From NCBI GenBank assembly GCA_964016885.1, contig OZ024747.1, forward strand, positions 46,190,001-46,254,000: a stretch of 64,000 bases of DNA. The letters are read 5' to 3'. The stretch's first letter is position 1, and every line of letters begins with the position of its first letter. The position numbers and the translations under genes were made by a program. Source of the stretch: Eledone cirrhosa. Its lineage: Eukaryota. Shown here one piece after another: positions 1 through 14,409 of this stretch. Under the pieces are notes generated by a model. The model was not told the DNA's origin and did no database searches. It saw only the letters and a program-made list of their open reading frames with translations.

Positions 1-14
1 CAAATAGTTACGGG

Positions 15-272
15 CTACCCTACCAATATTTACTTGGGGGTTTAGAGAAGACCCTAGAAATATTTACTGGGGGTTCTAACAATATTCCGATAATAACCTG
101 ATATGACTGGGCACCCTAACAGTATTTATTCAAATCCCTAAAAATATTTACTCGAATCTCAAACAATATTTACAGAAAGCCTTATCAATATTTAGAGAAT
201 AACCTAAAGATGTCCTAACAATATATACAGGGTACCCTAACAATATTTACAAGATGTCCTAGCAATATTTGC
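15..272. repeat. Degenerate tandem repeat (~25-35 bp unit, core CTAACAATATTTAC)
   Basis: Recurring (c)aatattta(c) / ccctaacaatattt motifs at roughly regular spacing. Confidence 0.55.
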
Positions 273-1681
273 ATCAGAATCTCTTTATTCATCTTGCAAG
301 CTGTAGTACCCGTTTCTGATTTGAGAAAACCATCTCCTGCATATTCTTTCAGTCACTACCCCATCTCCACAAGTTGTTTTGGTGGGATTATGCTACTGCC
401 CTTACACTATTACGTTTTTGAAATTCATAAAAACAAACATGATGAATGGGTTCGTTACTGGGAGTGAACATGGCGTCTATACAACAGTTTCAATAACAAG
501 GCATATTCTTAGCTATAATAAATGCATGTTTAAACTCTACTTCAATATTGAGTACAAATTCTATAAGTGTCTATATATATACATGGATATATAGGCACGT
601 GTAGAAGTGTATGTGTATGTATATTTGTGTGCGTGCGTGTCTAATGTCAATAGTAAACAACCAGATGTGAATTTTACTTTCAGCAATATTTTCCTCCTTA
701 TTTACCATTACCATCAACACCTAAAGTATGAAAGGACCTCTACTTGGTCGATCTACCTGTTAAAGCTAGTAGCCAAATTTTACTCAAATAACATCCTGTA
801 ATATGTAAGAAAAGACATTTTGAAAAATGGAGTTATACGTATAATAGTCATGAACAATATAACGGTTTGTCCATGGTTAAGGCTTTTGATCACGTGAATG
901 TTTGCTACCTAATGTTTGACCTGGGGCTAAACAAAAACCACTAGAAGAAACACGAAAACCACCGCCAACATAACTCCTATTCTCAGCAACACTACGTCCA
1001 TGATTACTTTCTGTGACACCACTATATGTCAACACCACCTCCACAATAGCATGCAGTCCTACTTTATTTTATTCAATTACAATGTTCAAATTTCGTGAAT
1101 TTCTGATTACTCCAGGATATATCTGTCAAAAAACGTTTTCGTTCTCTTAGGCTATATGTATAGAAAGGGCTAAAATGGTTAAAGTGGTGAAATGGTGTAA
1201 TGGTAAAAATAATATAAATGAATATTTCTGGATAAAAGTTTGCCACACAAAAATAAGAAGAAAACATCTATGAAAACCTGAAAGACACTAAGTACTACAA
1301 AAGTATAATATGTATTTGGGAAAGGCAGAAACCTCCGGGTGGTCTGATAGCTTTTAGTTTAGTCTGCATTTTATTTCTTGCTGAATGTATCCACCATGGC
1401 ATCAGCAAAGGCAAATGCATTGTCAGTGTGAATGCTATAAGGTTTGGTGGGGGACTGTTGGAATGTACAGGCAGCAACAACAACAACAGTGGTGGCAGCA
1501 ATAGCAGCAGCAGCAGCCATAAAATTGGGAAGAGAAGGAAGAAGATTGTGATGAGAGAAAAAATAGAATAAATGAGATATGTGTCTGATGTAAGCGAAAT
1601 CAAATTCTGATGGCTTGCCCTGAAAGAAAAAAAGTATTTAAAAAAAGATAAAAAGTAAAAAGTAAATATAGATAAAATGAT

Positions 1682-1712
<31 letters not shown>

Positions 1713-2384
1713 AATATATATATATATAAATGCATATATATATTATTTTGTGTTGAGAGAATTAAATGAATCAGTTCAGAGCCAAGAATTAGACTTGGTA
1801 GGGATTTCTGTTGGAAAATTTACACCTTTTACTTCATGGTTGGTCTTACTACACAGTAAATGTTTCAACGCCAACAGTTTGTCGTACATTTATCACGCCA
1901 TTTTTCCGATAATAAATAACACTGTTATCCTGCTCAACAATAGAATACTTCATATTGCGAACTATTTCATGCAAATACTGAATAGGATATGTATGACTGT
2001 GTGTGACTGTCGGATTATACTTTTATATTTATATGAATTTATAATGCATCTTGCAGGAGGTGAATAGGATTATATGTGCATTAAATTATGTAGTCTGTGC
2101 AAACTACTATATCTGTATGATGACATATATAGTCACATTCACAATATTATACACAGAGACACAAGCATATATATTAAAGACTAAATAATCCAAATTATGA
2201 AACCATATGTCGATGGATACATTAATCTAGTATATTCTTTGCATTATAATTTTCAAATTTATCAGCACGGTTCCTATTAAAGTTTTAGATAGCATCAACT
2301 AAAAGGATCGATCGACTTTCGTGTCTTGCTGAAGGACATAACGCATCGTCCGGTCCATGAATATACATATATATATTTTTTTTT

Positions 2385-2608
2385 TTTTATTAAAATAACA
2401 GATTAAAGTATAAGCAAAGAATCGCTGCTTTCACCCTTAACGGGATCTTCTGTTTCAGAAGATCCCGTTAAGGGTGAAAGCAGCGATTCTTTGCTTAAAC
2501 TTTAATCTGTTATTTTAATAAATATTTGCTCTACGGTTCTTATATATTTGATGTATATTTATCCTTATCGAGCCCTCTTTGGATCTTAGTCTTCAAATTT
2601 ATTATTAT

Positions 2609-2612
<4 letters not shown>
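2385..2612 (+). mobile_element. PLE-derived fold-back element, family A (~67-bp arms, TTT loop, ~90-bp tail into (TA)n)
   Basis: 2385-2452 is the reverse complement of 2456-2523. The same tail recurs at 28083-28175(-), 45407-45437(-) and 62505-62578(+); the same body recurs at 45700-45775. Confidence 0.75.
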
Positions 2613-2656
<44 letters not shown>

Positions 2657-2660
<4 letters not shown>

Positions 2661-2900
2661 GTTAAATTAGAAAAAAAAAGTTGAAAATACTAAAGGGATT
2701 TTCTCTCAGAATAACATCAAGACATTTATTTACAAAATAGGAATTTCTGCATTATTTGTACCGGTTTCAGCTTGTATGCTTTTTCACACGACGGAGGTGT
2801 ATAATATGCAATTAGATTGCATATTAATAAGAATAAAAAGAATATGGGGAAAAGAATTGGTTTTTACATACATATATAAAGAGAAAAGTTCACATTTTTG
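2657..2900 (-). mobile_element. PLE pLTR-like element, family H, with degenerate hammerhead at 2759-2787
   Basis: Minus strand GTGAAAA-AGC-atacaa-GCT-GAAA-CCGG-TA; homologous to 61450-61680; abuts (TA)n. Confidence 0.55.
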
Positions 2901-3540
2901 TCTGTAGTTTTCTTTGTTTCTCTCTTAGTGTTGACCTTAGTTGTGTCACCATTAATGGTGGAAGTAGCAGGGAAGAATCAGTTTGTTCTGTTTAAGCTGT
3001 AGGCTTTACACCTCCCTGTTAATTCTATAGACTGTATTTGTTGTTATCTGTAGATATGTTATCACGATTCATATTTCATTTAGTGTTTCACTATTTCCTA
3101 TTTGGATCGCACGACAGACGAGTAAGGTGAGTGGCTTATTTGTTAAAGTGATCTGCTAGCGATTGTAAGTATTCTTCCTGTTCCAGTCCATCCAACTGGA
3201 ATAAATAAGCTGTATTTTAAATTCAAAGAGCCAGTATTGTTACACACTGTGTCAGACTGAATATCTCTGAGACTTAAATTACATTAATCGAACCAACTTA
3301 AACTCTTATCGTCGCAAATGACGGATATCCAACACAGGCAGGAATGACTTTCTACTGGTAAATAATAAACGTTCTGTTTGATATTTTACTGCAGCAGACA
3401 TGCAATACCACAGGATATTTATCTCAGGAAATAAATTACGAAAGTTTTTCCCCATCTCAAAACTATTTACCTTGTGTATATATACTTCCTTCATAGAGGT
3501 ATTTCTATGTTTGATGGTATATTTAATATCAGGGTAGAGG

Positions 3541-6500
3541 TATGTACCCTTTCTCCATTAATGTACATCAATGTTTCAATAGACATATGTACACTTTCTC
3601 CATTAATGTACTCCAATGTTTCAGTAGACATGTGTACCCTTTCTCCATTAATGTACTCCAATGTTTCAGTAGACATATGTACACTTTCTCCATTAATGTA
3701 CTTCAATGTTTCAGTAGGTGTATGTACCCTTTCTTCATTAATGTACTCCAATGTTTCAGTAGACATATGTACCCTTTCTCTATTAATATACTTCAATGTT
3801 TCAGTAGATGTATGTACCCTTTCTCTATTAATGTACTCCAATGTTTCAGTAGATGTATGTACCCTTTCTCTATTAATGTACTCCAATGTTTCAGTAGACA
3901 TATGTACACTTTCTCCATTAATGTACTTCAATGTTTCAGTAGGTGTATGTACCCTTTCTTCATTAATGTACTCCAATGTTTCAGTAGACATATGTACCCT
4001 TTCTCTATTAATATACTTCAATGTTTCAGTAGATGTATGTACCCTTTCTCTATTAATGTACTCCAATGTTTCAGTAGATGTATGTACTCTTTCTCTATTT
4101 ATGTACTTCAATGTTTCAGTAGACATATGTACCCTTTCTCCATTAATGTACTTCAATGTTTCAGTAGATGTATGTACCCTTTCTCCATTAATATACTTCA
4201 ATGTTTCAGTAGATGTATGTACCCTTTCTCTATTAATGTACTTCAATGTTTCAGTAGACATATGTACCTTTTCTCTATTTATGTACTTCAATGTTTCAGT
4301 AGATGTATGAACCCTTTCTCTATTAATGTACTTCAATGTTTCAGTAGATGTATGTACCCTTTCTCTATTAATGTACTTCAATGTTTCAGTAGATGTATGT
4401 ACCCTTTCTCTATTAATGTACTTCAATGTTTCAGTAGACATATGTACCTTTTCTCTATTTATGTACTTCAATGTTTCAGTAGATGTATGTACCCTTTCTC
4501 TATTAATGTACTTCAATGTTTCAGTAAATGTATGTACCTTTTCTCTATTAATGTACTTCAATGTTTCAGTAGATGTATGTACCCTTTCTCTATTAATGTA
4601 CTTCAATGTTTCAGTAGATGTATGTACCCTTTCTCTATTAATGTACTTCAATGTTTCAGTAAGTGTATGTACCCTTTCTCCATTAATGTACTTCAATGTT
4701 TCAGTAGATGTATGTACCCTTTCTCCATTAATGTACTCGAATGTTTCGGTAGACATATGTACCCTTTCTCTATTTATGTACTTCAATGTTTCAGTAGACA
4801 TATGTACCCTTTCTTCATTAATGTACTCCAATGTTTCAGTAGACATATGTACCCTTTCTTCATTAATGTACTCCAATGTTTCAGTAGATGTATGTACCCT
4901 TTCTCTATTTATGTACTTCAATGTTTCAGTAGACATATGTACTCTTTCTCCATTAATGTACTCCAATGTTTCGGTAGACATATGTACCCTTTCTTCATTA
5001 ATGTACTCCAATTTTTCAGTAGACATATGTACCCTTTCTTCATTAATGTACTCCAATGTTTCAGTAGATGTATGTACCCTTTCTCTATTAATGTACTTCA
5101 ATGTTTCAGTAGATGTATGAACCCTTTCTCTATTAATGTACTTCAATGTTTCAGTAGATGTATGTACCCTTTCTCTATTAATCTACTTCAATGTTTCAGT
5201 AGACATATGTACCCTTTCTCTATTAATGTACTTCAATGTTTCAGTAGATGTATGAACCCTTTCTCTATTAATCTACTTCAATGTTTCAGTAGACATATGT
5301 ACCCTTTCTCTATTTATGTACTTCAATGTTTCAGTAGACATATGTACACTTTCTCTATTAATGTACTTCAATGTTTCAGTAGATGTATGTACCCTTTCTC
5401 TATTTATGTACTTCAATGTTTCAGTAGACATATGTACCCTTTCTCTATTAATGTACTTCAATGTTTCAGTAGATGTATGTACCCTTTCTCTATTTATGTA
5501 CTTCAATGTTTCAGTAGACATATGTACACTTTCTCTATTAATGTACTTCAATGTTTCAGTAGACATATGTACCCTTTCTCTATTTATGTACTTCAATGTT
5601 TCAGTAGACATATGTACCCTTTCTCTATTAATGTACTTCAATGTTTCAGTAGATGTATGAACCCTTTCTCTATTAATGTACTTCAATGTTTCAGTAGATG
5701 TATGAACCCTTTCTCTATTAATCTACTTCAATGTTTCAGTAGACATATGTACCCTTTCTCTATTTATGTACTTCAATGTTTCAGTAGACATATGTACACT
5801 TTCTCTATTAATGTACTTCAATGTTTCAGTAGATGTATGTACCCTTTCTCTATTTATGTACTTCAATGTTTCAGTAGACATATGTACCCTTTCTCTATTA
5901 ATGTACTTCAATGTTTCAGTAGATGTATGTACCCTTTCTCTATTTATGTACTTCAATGTTTCAGTAGACATATGTACACTTTCTCTATTAATGTACTTCA
6001 ATGTTTCAGTAGACATATGTACCCTTTCTCTATTTATGTCCTTCAATGTTTCAGTAGACATATGTACCCTTTCTCTATTAATGTACTTCAATGTTTCAGA
6101 AGATGTATGAACCCTTTCTCTATTAATGTACTTCAATGTTTCAGTAGATGTATGAACCCTTTCTCTATTAATCTACTTCAATGTTTCAGTAGACATATGT
6201 ACCCTTTCTCTATTAATCTACTTCAATGTTTCAGTAGACATATGTACCCTTTCTCTATTAATGTACTTCAATGTTTCAGTAGATGTATGTACCCTTTCTT
6301 CATTAATGTACTCCAATGTTTCAGTAGACATATGTACCCTTTCTTCATTAATGTACTCCAATGTTTCAGTAGACATATGTACCCTTTCTTCATTAATGTA
6401 CTCCAATGTTTCAGTAGATGTATGTACCCTTTCTCTATTAATGTACTCCAATGTTTCAGTAGATGTATGTACCCTTTCTTCATTAATGTACTCCAATGTT

Positions 6501-7160
6501 TCAGTAGACATATGTACCCTTTCTTCATTAATGTACTCCAATCTTTCAGTAGATGTATGTACCCTTTCTCTATTAATGTACTTCGATGTTTCAGTAGATG
6601 TATGTACCCTTTCTCTATTTATGTATTTCGATGTTTCAGTAGATGTATGTACCCTTTCTCCATTAATGTACTTCAATGTTTCAGTAGACATATGTACACT
6701 TTCTCTATTAATGTACTCCAATGTTTCAGTAGATGTATGTACTCTTTCTCAATTAATGTACTTCAATGTTTCAGTAGACATATGTACCCTTTCTCTATTA
6801 ATCTACTTCAATGTTTCAGTAGACATATGTACCCTTTCTCTATTAATCTACTTCAATGTTTCAGTAGACATATGTACCCTTTCTCTATTAATCTACTTCA
6901 ATGTTTCAGTAGACATATGTACCCTTTCTCTATTAATCTACTTCAATGTTTCAGTAGACATATGTACACTTTCTCTATTAATGTACTCCAATGTTTCAGT
7001 AGATGTATGTACTCTTTCTCTATTAATGTACTTCAATGTTTCAGTAGACATATGTACCCTTTCTCTATTAATCTACTTCAATGTTTCAGTAGATGTATGA
7101 ACCCTTTCTCTATTAATCTACTTCAATGTTTCAGTAGACATATGTACCCTTTCTCTATTG
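3541..7160. repeat. 45-bp minisatellite, about 80 copies
   Basis: Unit TATGTACCCTTTCTCTATTAATGTACTTCAATGTTTCAGTAGA(CA/TG); ORFs show 15-aa periodicity in all frames. Confidence 0.98.
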
Positions 7161-7410
7161 GTGTTCTTCGATGTTTGATCTACAGTTGATATCAGGGTTG
7201 AGATATAGTGAGACATATAAAGCCCCCTTGAATCAATATGAAACATTTGCCTTCTTGCTTTTTGCTTTTGGTAAATGATATCAATAACATAATCGATGTG
7301 AAAGTTATTCATGCTAGATCCCAAGTTTCTTTTATAGGACATGCTTGCGTCAAAATCTCATTATGCATTAATATGCTGATATACATGCATTTATAGTTAA
7401 TATTTTATGT

Positions 7411-7506
<96 letters not shown>

Positions 7507-8114
7507 GGTGGCTGCCAACTCGTTTTCGAGTACGGCCACTACTTTATATCCATGTAGGAGAACCCCTACCGATGCGCTGAACGAGTGTGACTTTTCAGTC
7601 CGGCCAGCGACTTGAAAACTTTGGTACAAACACTACACATGTGACAATTATTGACACATAGTGCTGGGCCCATGGTACCATGTGACGACAAGTGCAGAGA
7701 GATCTCCAGATATAAAGCAATGCCTGTGCCGTGAAGTTTTTATAGTGAGCAAAGGCACTGCACAAAGCCAGTCCCACTCTCTTAACCAAGATGATATTTA
7801 CCAAAAAGAAGAACAAGTCAACATCATTGGATATCATCAGGGTTGCAGGTGTGATATCAGAGTTTTCCTTCTCCTAGAATTCTGCCTTGACAAAGGCTAA
7901 GGGGTCATCTCTCCCGGTGATTTTGGATGGCCATTGACTCTTAAGAGCTCCTTTGCCCTTTGACAGGTTTTGTTTTTAGTCCTGCAGGATGTCCAAAGTC
8001 ACCCTCCTCACCAAGAAACCTTGGTGGGGTTGCCAGTTTAGTCGCCAACGACCCGACCATGGGACAGGTTGTACTGGGATACATGTTACCAGTAGCACCA
8101 ACTGGTGACCTGAC

Positions 8115-8115
<1 letters not shown>
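7507..8115 (-). mobile_element. Non-autonomous retroelement with RTE-like 5'UTR motif and terminal stem-loop, copy 1
   Basis: Highly similar to 48540-49128; contains minus-strand AGGCAGAATTCTAGGAGAAGGAAAACTCTGA, resembling RTE UTRs as I recall them; flanked by (TA)n. Confidence 0.7.
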
Positions 8116-8162
<47 letters not shown>

Positions 8163-8230
8163 ACACACACATACACATACACACACAGATAGATAGATTG
8201 ATTTAAGCATACATATACATATATATATAC

Positions 8231-8322
<92 letters not shown>

Positions 8323-8495
8323 AAAGGATCGATCGACTTTCGACGAATCGGACTGAGGAAACAATGTTTCCGTTGTTCTTTCCAGTTGGTAGATCTATGT
8401 ATCGGTCGCAACTCCAAGTGGGAGTGAAACTAATAATAACATTTGTACTGTCGCTTCGCTGCCACGTTTTATTGTTTTCTATTTACTGTCTCAAC

Positions 8496-8550
<55 letters not shown>

Positions 8551-8618
8551 TATTCCGCAATTCACAGTAATAATTATACTAGCTCGAAGAAGAACAGATA
8601 ATTTTCATCTGAGCTCAA

Positions 8619-8851
8619 ATACAAATATATTACACAGAGAGAAGTGTGTTACACAGTGAGATGTGTGTAAAAAATTATTACATGTGAGTTTAACCGCTAA
8701 TGTATGGAGAACAATACCTACAAGTTACCAATTAAATATTTAATTGCTAACTTGTAGGTATTGTTCTCCATACAGTAACGGTTAAACACACATGTAATAA
8801 TTTTTTACACACATCTCACTGTGTAACACACTTCTCTCTGTGTAATATATT

Positions 8852-8856
<5 letters not shown>
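8619..8856. repeat. Near-perfect palindrome, ~119-bp arms, no loop
   Basis: Centre caattaaat|atttaattg at 8737/8738; few mismatches; ends in (TA)n. Confidence 0.95.
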
Positions 8857-8878
<22 letters not shown>

Positions 8879-8886
<8 letters not shown>

Positions 8887-9093
8887 ATGCTTTGGGAGGG
8901 TCATGTTGCCAATAGGAAACACACGCACCAGTCGCTTTCACTCCAATTTATTATAAATTAAATTTATAAATTTAAGAATTTATAAATTTCCGGATGGTTG
9001 TTCATATATTGCAACATGACCCTCCCAAAGCATAACAATATCGGTTTCAACACACGTTTTCAAATAAAGAATCTTGCTAAACGAATTCAGAAA

Positions 9094-9097
<4 letters not shown>
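8879..9097 (+). mobile_element. PLE-derived inverted-repeat element, family G (30-bp IR plus 56-bp tail)
   Basis: 8879-8909 is the reverse complement of 9010-9040; the tail is homologous to 30625-30705(-); (TA)n on both sides. Confidence 0.7.
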
Positions 9098-9176
<79 letters not shown>

Positions 9177-9214
9177 AGAGAGAGAGAGAGTTTGTGAGAG
9201 AGAGGGGGTGGGTG

Positions 9215-11130
9215 TAGTATGTTGCTTGACGCATTGTTGGATATGAATATTGGTTGTTTCATGGAAGCCGCTGCAGGTGGGGTTGTAAATATTGAGGTAA
9301 GAACATTGGATGAGGAATGAGAGAGGGGAAGTTGATTAAGGAACAGGAAGGAAAACAAGAATAAGGGATAATGTAATGTTGGAAATGTTTTTAGTTCCAA
9401 TATATTTCCGATGTAGCATCCATTATCAAGAGATATGCTGGGAACTTCAGAGTGTGTCGGAGAGGACATTTCTATATTTGTAGGTGGTTTGTGTTGGAGT
9501 TATGACTAAGTGGAGTTCATGTGCACGTTTGACTAACGCAAGGAGTTGAAAGAGCCTAACCAATAGGTAGTAGTATTCTAAGAAATCAGTCATTCGGTTG
9601 ACCGTTCGAGGTTTTTATTGTTTGTTTGACTTACTTGTTTATTCACTTGTTTATTCACTCAGTTACTTAGGGTGACCGTGTCAAATTAGCCATTATGACC
9701 GTTCCTCTCCATTCTGTTATCAAAGCTACTCGTTTTATCAAAAGAGCTTTCTTGGTCCACATGTTGTCTATATTTTGTTTCATTGAGGTGAAGCTCCCAC
9801 GTTTCGCATTTAAGGAATCACCGAGTAATTAGGAAGGCCTCTTCCTTAAGTGCGCACTATTGAATTGGGTTACTGATGTAGCAGTCATTGCAATTGTCGC
9901 ATTCTAGCCTAATTACTAGGCATGCACACAGGCATTGACTTGTGTTAAGCATTGATCAGTTGCTAATAGAGCAAGTGTTCCCCCGTTGGGGGTTGTTTCC
10001 TTGACAAGCATCTCCGCTAGGAGTGACCCGATTGGACCAGTTGTATATCAAGGTCCTCTCTTTGAATGGCCCTCTGGATAGCACTAATGCTTGTTTTTAA
10101 GGAAGAAACTGTTGGTTAAGGTGTTATTTCCTATGGCTTGGGGTTGGGTTCCGTGTTTTGTTGGTGAAAGATGTTGGTTTCCAACATCTTGCATCAGTGC
10201 ATCTGTTTTGTATACGAGTGAATCCGTTTTTGATATATCCTCTTTTGGCATTATTGAGGACGGTAGATTTGTAAGGGACTAACAGCTCACTGCGGGCAAC
10301 TATGTGCTAGAAGTCGGTCTTGAGAAGTGTGAGGGATTTAGTATCTGAAGAAAGCTACAAACTGAATGTGATATCTTGATCCATTATCTTTCTCTTGGGA
10401 AGATATGATAAAAAGGATATCGTCTGCGTATCTCGTGAAGAAAATGTAAGAATGTCAGGCGTTGAGTAGTCTGCATTCAAGTTGGTTCATGTATGGTATT
10501 GCCAGTATACCCGACAGGGTGGATCTCATGTGTAGTCTCGAAGTGTGTCGATAGGTTTGGCCGAGGAAGTCGAAAAACGCGTTGTTGGTGACAATACGAC
10601 AATAGATAGGAGCTGCTGGATGTAAGTTGAGGTGAAGCCGAACAAGTATAGATTGCTCTACAGCCGGGAGTTCGAGTAGCGAGGTGTATAAGGATACCAC
10701 ATTAAGTTTGAAAGCATACCTGTTTATCTTGTGGCACCAGGGTCCAGTTGATGGTCGTTTGATGGACCCATCGGAACTGTTGACGTAGCTCGGGAATTTG
10801 GTTAATAATGGCTTTGAGGACATGGACATGAGCCATAATACCTTATATATTGGTCAAAATCTCTTAGTTCCTAACCAGTAATAAGCACCTCCACGGGACT
10901 ACGTCAACCATTTGAATGAGATCATCAAACGACTCCACCACATATCAAGCGCGTGTCGGAATTTCAGTTATTCCTAATTCCAACACGAGTCAAACAGAGA
11001 CATTAAACGGTCCTCTCCGACTAAAAACATCGGTAACATTATTTCTGATTCTTTTTTTACTCTTCTCTTCACCACCCAACTTCGGCTCTCTCAATCTTCA
11101 CACGATTCTGCAGTGGCTTCCAAGACATAA

Positions 11131-11137
<7 letters not shown>
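9215..11137 (-). mobile_element. Decayed Penelope-like retroelement (RT + GIY-YIG), with inverted pLTR at its 5' side
   Basis: Minus-strand LNVVSLYTS, FFDFLGQTYR..L.M.STLSGILAI.YMNQLE, RYADDILF (10410-10433) and ECDNCNDCYI (~9875-9905). 11108-11137 resembles the reverse complement of 9246-9276. Confidence 0.85.
9399..9429 (-). ncRNA. Minimal hammerhead motif, U3/A8 variant
   Basis: TTGATAA-T-GGATG-cta-CATCG-GAAA-TATA-TT in the 3' pLTR of the Penelope element. Confidence 0.55.
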
Positions 11138-11215
<78 letters not shown>

Positions 11216-11234
11216 GGAGAGAGAGATACAAACA

Positions 11235-11434
11235 NNNNNNNNNNNNNNNNNNNNNNNNNNNNNNNNNNNNNNNNNNNNNNNNNNNNNNNNNNNNNNNNNN
11301 NNNNNNNNNNNNNNNNNNNNNNNNNNNNNNNNNNNNNNNNNNNNNNNNNNNNNNNNNNNNNNNNNNNNNNNNNNNNNNNNNNNNNNNNNNNNNNNNNNNN
11401 NNNNNNNNNNNNNNNNNNNNNNNNNNNNNNNNNN
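11235..11434. other. Assembly gap (200 N)
   Basis: Run of N. Confidence 1.
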
Positions 11435-12053
11435 AAACATATGAATTTTTTTAAAAAACTAAACATAAGATAATTAATTTTCACACACTATGGATACTTG
11501 TCTCATTCAGGAATACTGATATTTACAATATAGTGGAAGTTTTATAAATACTAATACATTAAAACATAGGATTTTTACGCCTTGAATATATCTGGCTATT
11601 TTTAAATTTTTTCTCTCGCTATTTTTTCTCTCTCTATATTTTTTCTCTCTATATATATCTCCCTTACATTAATACTAGAGCTAAATAAATAAATAAATAA
11701 ATAAATGTATTATTGATACATTTACTCAACTGACCTCCCACTACCTAATTTTCTCTATATATATATATGTATCTATCTCTATTTCCTCTCTCTCTATATA
11801 TATATATATATCTCTTTCTGTTTCTTTACATGAAGTTCTTCTCTTTATCTATCTTTCCATCTCTCTATTTTGTTCCATGCATTTCTTCTTTTTCTTCCTT
11901 TTCTTCGTTTTCTGTCTTTCTTTCTTTTTTCTCTCTTTCTTTCTCTCTGTGTAAAATTTTTTCACTGCCAGCTTAACCTCTTCAAATGCAAGTCGATGTT
12001 ATTACGGTATGTCGAATCTATTTATCTATAAAACTGTTTATATTGTATTTTGT

Positions 12054-12100
12054 CTGAGGAAGGCATAGCATATTGTTAATATGATATCCCGAAATATATA
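12054..12100 (+). ncRNA. Hammerhead motif in a pLTR-like segment
   Basis: CTGAGGA-AGG..CATATT gtt AATATG..CCC-GAAA-TATA-TA, ~50 bp upstream of a 1-kb (TA)n tract. Confidence 0.6.
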
Positions 12101-12149
12101 TAATGAAATAGATATGGTTTTATAAATATAGTTTCCATTTATTTAATAT

Positions 12150-13153
<1,004 letters not shown>

Positions 13154-13900
13154 AGTATGTGAAAATCAGCAAATTAAAACAACACACATAATGATGATAT
13201 ATTAGTTTAATGCTTGATTTAGGAGGAAAAGTGTCTTAACGTTTCATTCCTAATATAAATAAGGAAAGATAACGTTTTGTAAGGAAGGGAACGCTGCAAG
13301 CAGTTACTTTAAGAAAGAAACCTAACTCAAATGGGAGGGGTCATGTGAGGCCTCACATTTTAACATAAAAAGCCCTGACCTCATCATGTGGTGTAAAAAA
13401 GGAAGGGTATAAAAATGATAGAATTGTCTGTTTCCTGCGAGGCGAACATTAAGGATGAATTCGAGTAAGAAGACAGAAGGTATGGTGATCGGATGGGAAA
13501 CATCATGTCTGCATGTAGAGATAGATATCATGGAATTTGTTGGAACCAAGGTTTACTCTCTGCACAAAGGTCTTGGACTGGCTGCAAAAGAAAGGAAACG
13601 CCTTTCAAGGAAGTTATCTGAGGTTTAAGAGAAAAGACGAATGGTGTGTCCAATGTATTGAAGAACCTCCATCAAATAAGATATAGTGTTGAGGTTGACG
13701 TGGGATCTCGTCAGGAGTTACATCTGACGCAGCTAATTTCGTGATGCTGTGCAGGAAACTCGTTACCTACGTTGGTAAGTGACGTTGAATAGATCTAGTA
13801 TCACACTGGAAGGGACCGAAACACCTACAGCGTTGCTTAACTACCTGATGAGATATCGACTCCTGCATTCGGACAAGGGGTACACAAGTTTTATCCGAAG
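13154..13900 (-). mobile_element. Highly decayed PLE 3' fragment (GIY-YIG remnant plus pLTR related to 23990-24123 and 46960-47180)
   Basis: Minus-strand YIGHTIR at ~13640-13660; GAAACGTTAAGA and TCAAGCATTAAACTAATATAT shared with the related pLTRs. Confidence 0.45.
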
Positions 13901-14227
13901 TGTTCACGCACATAAACTACTATATATCAATATACAGATACATCACTGCACACACATATACACATTATGACACAAATATACGAGCGCATTATCGTCCCTT
14001 CCCATTTTGTTTATTTTGCGCTGTACACACCCACACACACCACACACATACACACATATAACATAAGATACCATATCATATCGTGCGATATCGTATAACG
14101 AACTGATAGGTGTATAGCAGATAAAATATAAAATATAAATATGATGAGAGATCGTCTGACATACAAGCAATTAATATAAAAGATGATAGACATTTTTCTC
14201 TCACTATCACACACACATTATATCTAC

Positions 14228-14292
<65 letters not shown>

Positions 14293-14346
14293 GTGTGTGT
14301 GTGTGTGTGTGTGTAACTATAAACACACTGAAAAGATCTTTGAGTG

Positions 14347-14409
<63 letters not shown>

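Noticed and set aside
1295-2067. ORFs 1295-1735 and 1750-2067 as host genes
   Set aside because: Low-complexity or AT-rich translations with no recognisable domain.
2456-2490. Family A motif CAGAAGA-TCCC..GGGT-GAAA as an active hammerhead
   Set aside because: U4A in all copies and no convincing stem III with an NUH triplet; not counted.
3541-7160. CRISPR-like array
   Set aside because: Contiguous tandem units with no unique spacers; eukaryotic context; no cas genes.
3542-7189. 1215-aa ORF and overlapping long ORFs
   Set aside because: By-product of a 45-bp unit lacking stops in some frames; ORFs on both strands; no domain or splice context.
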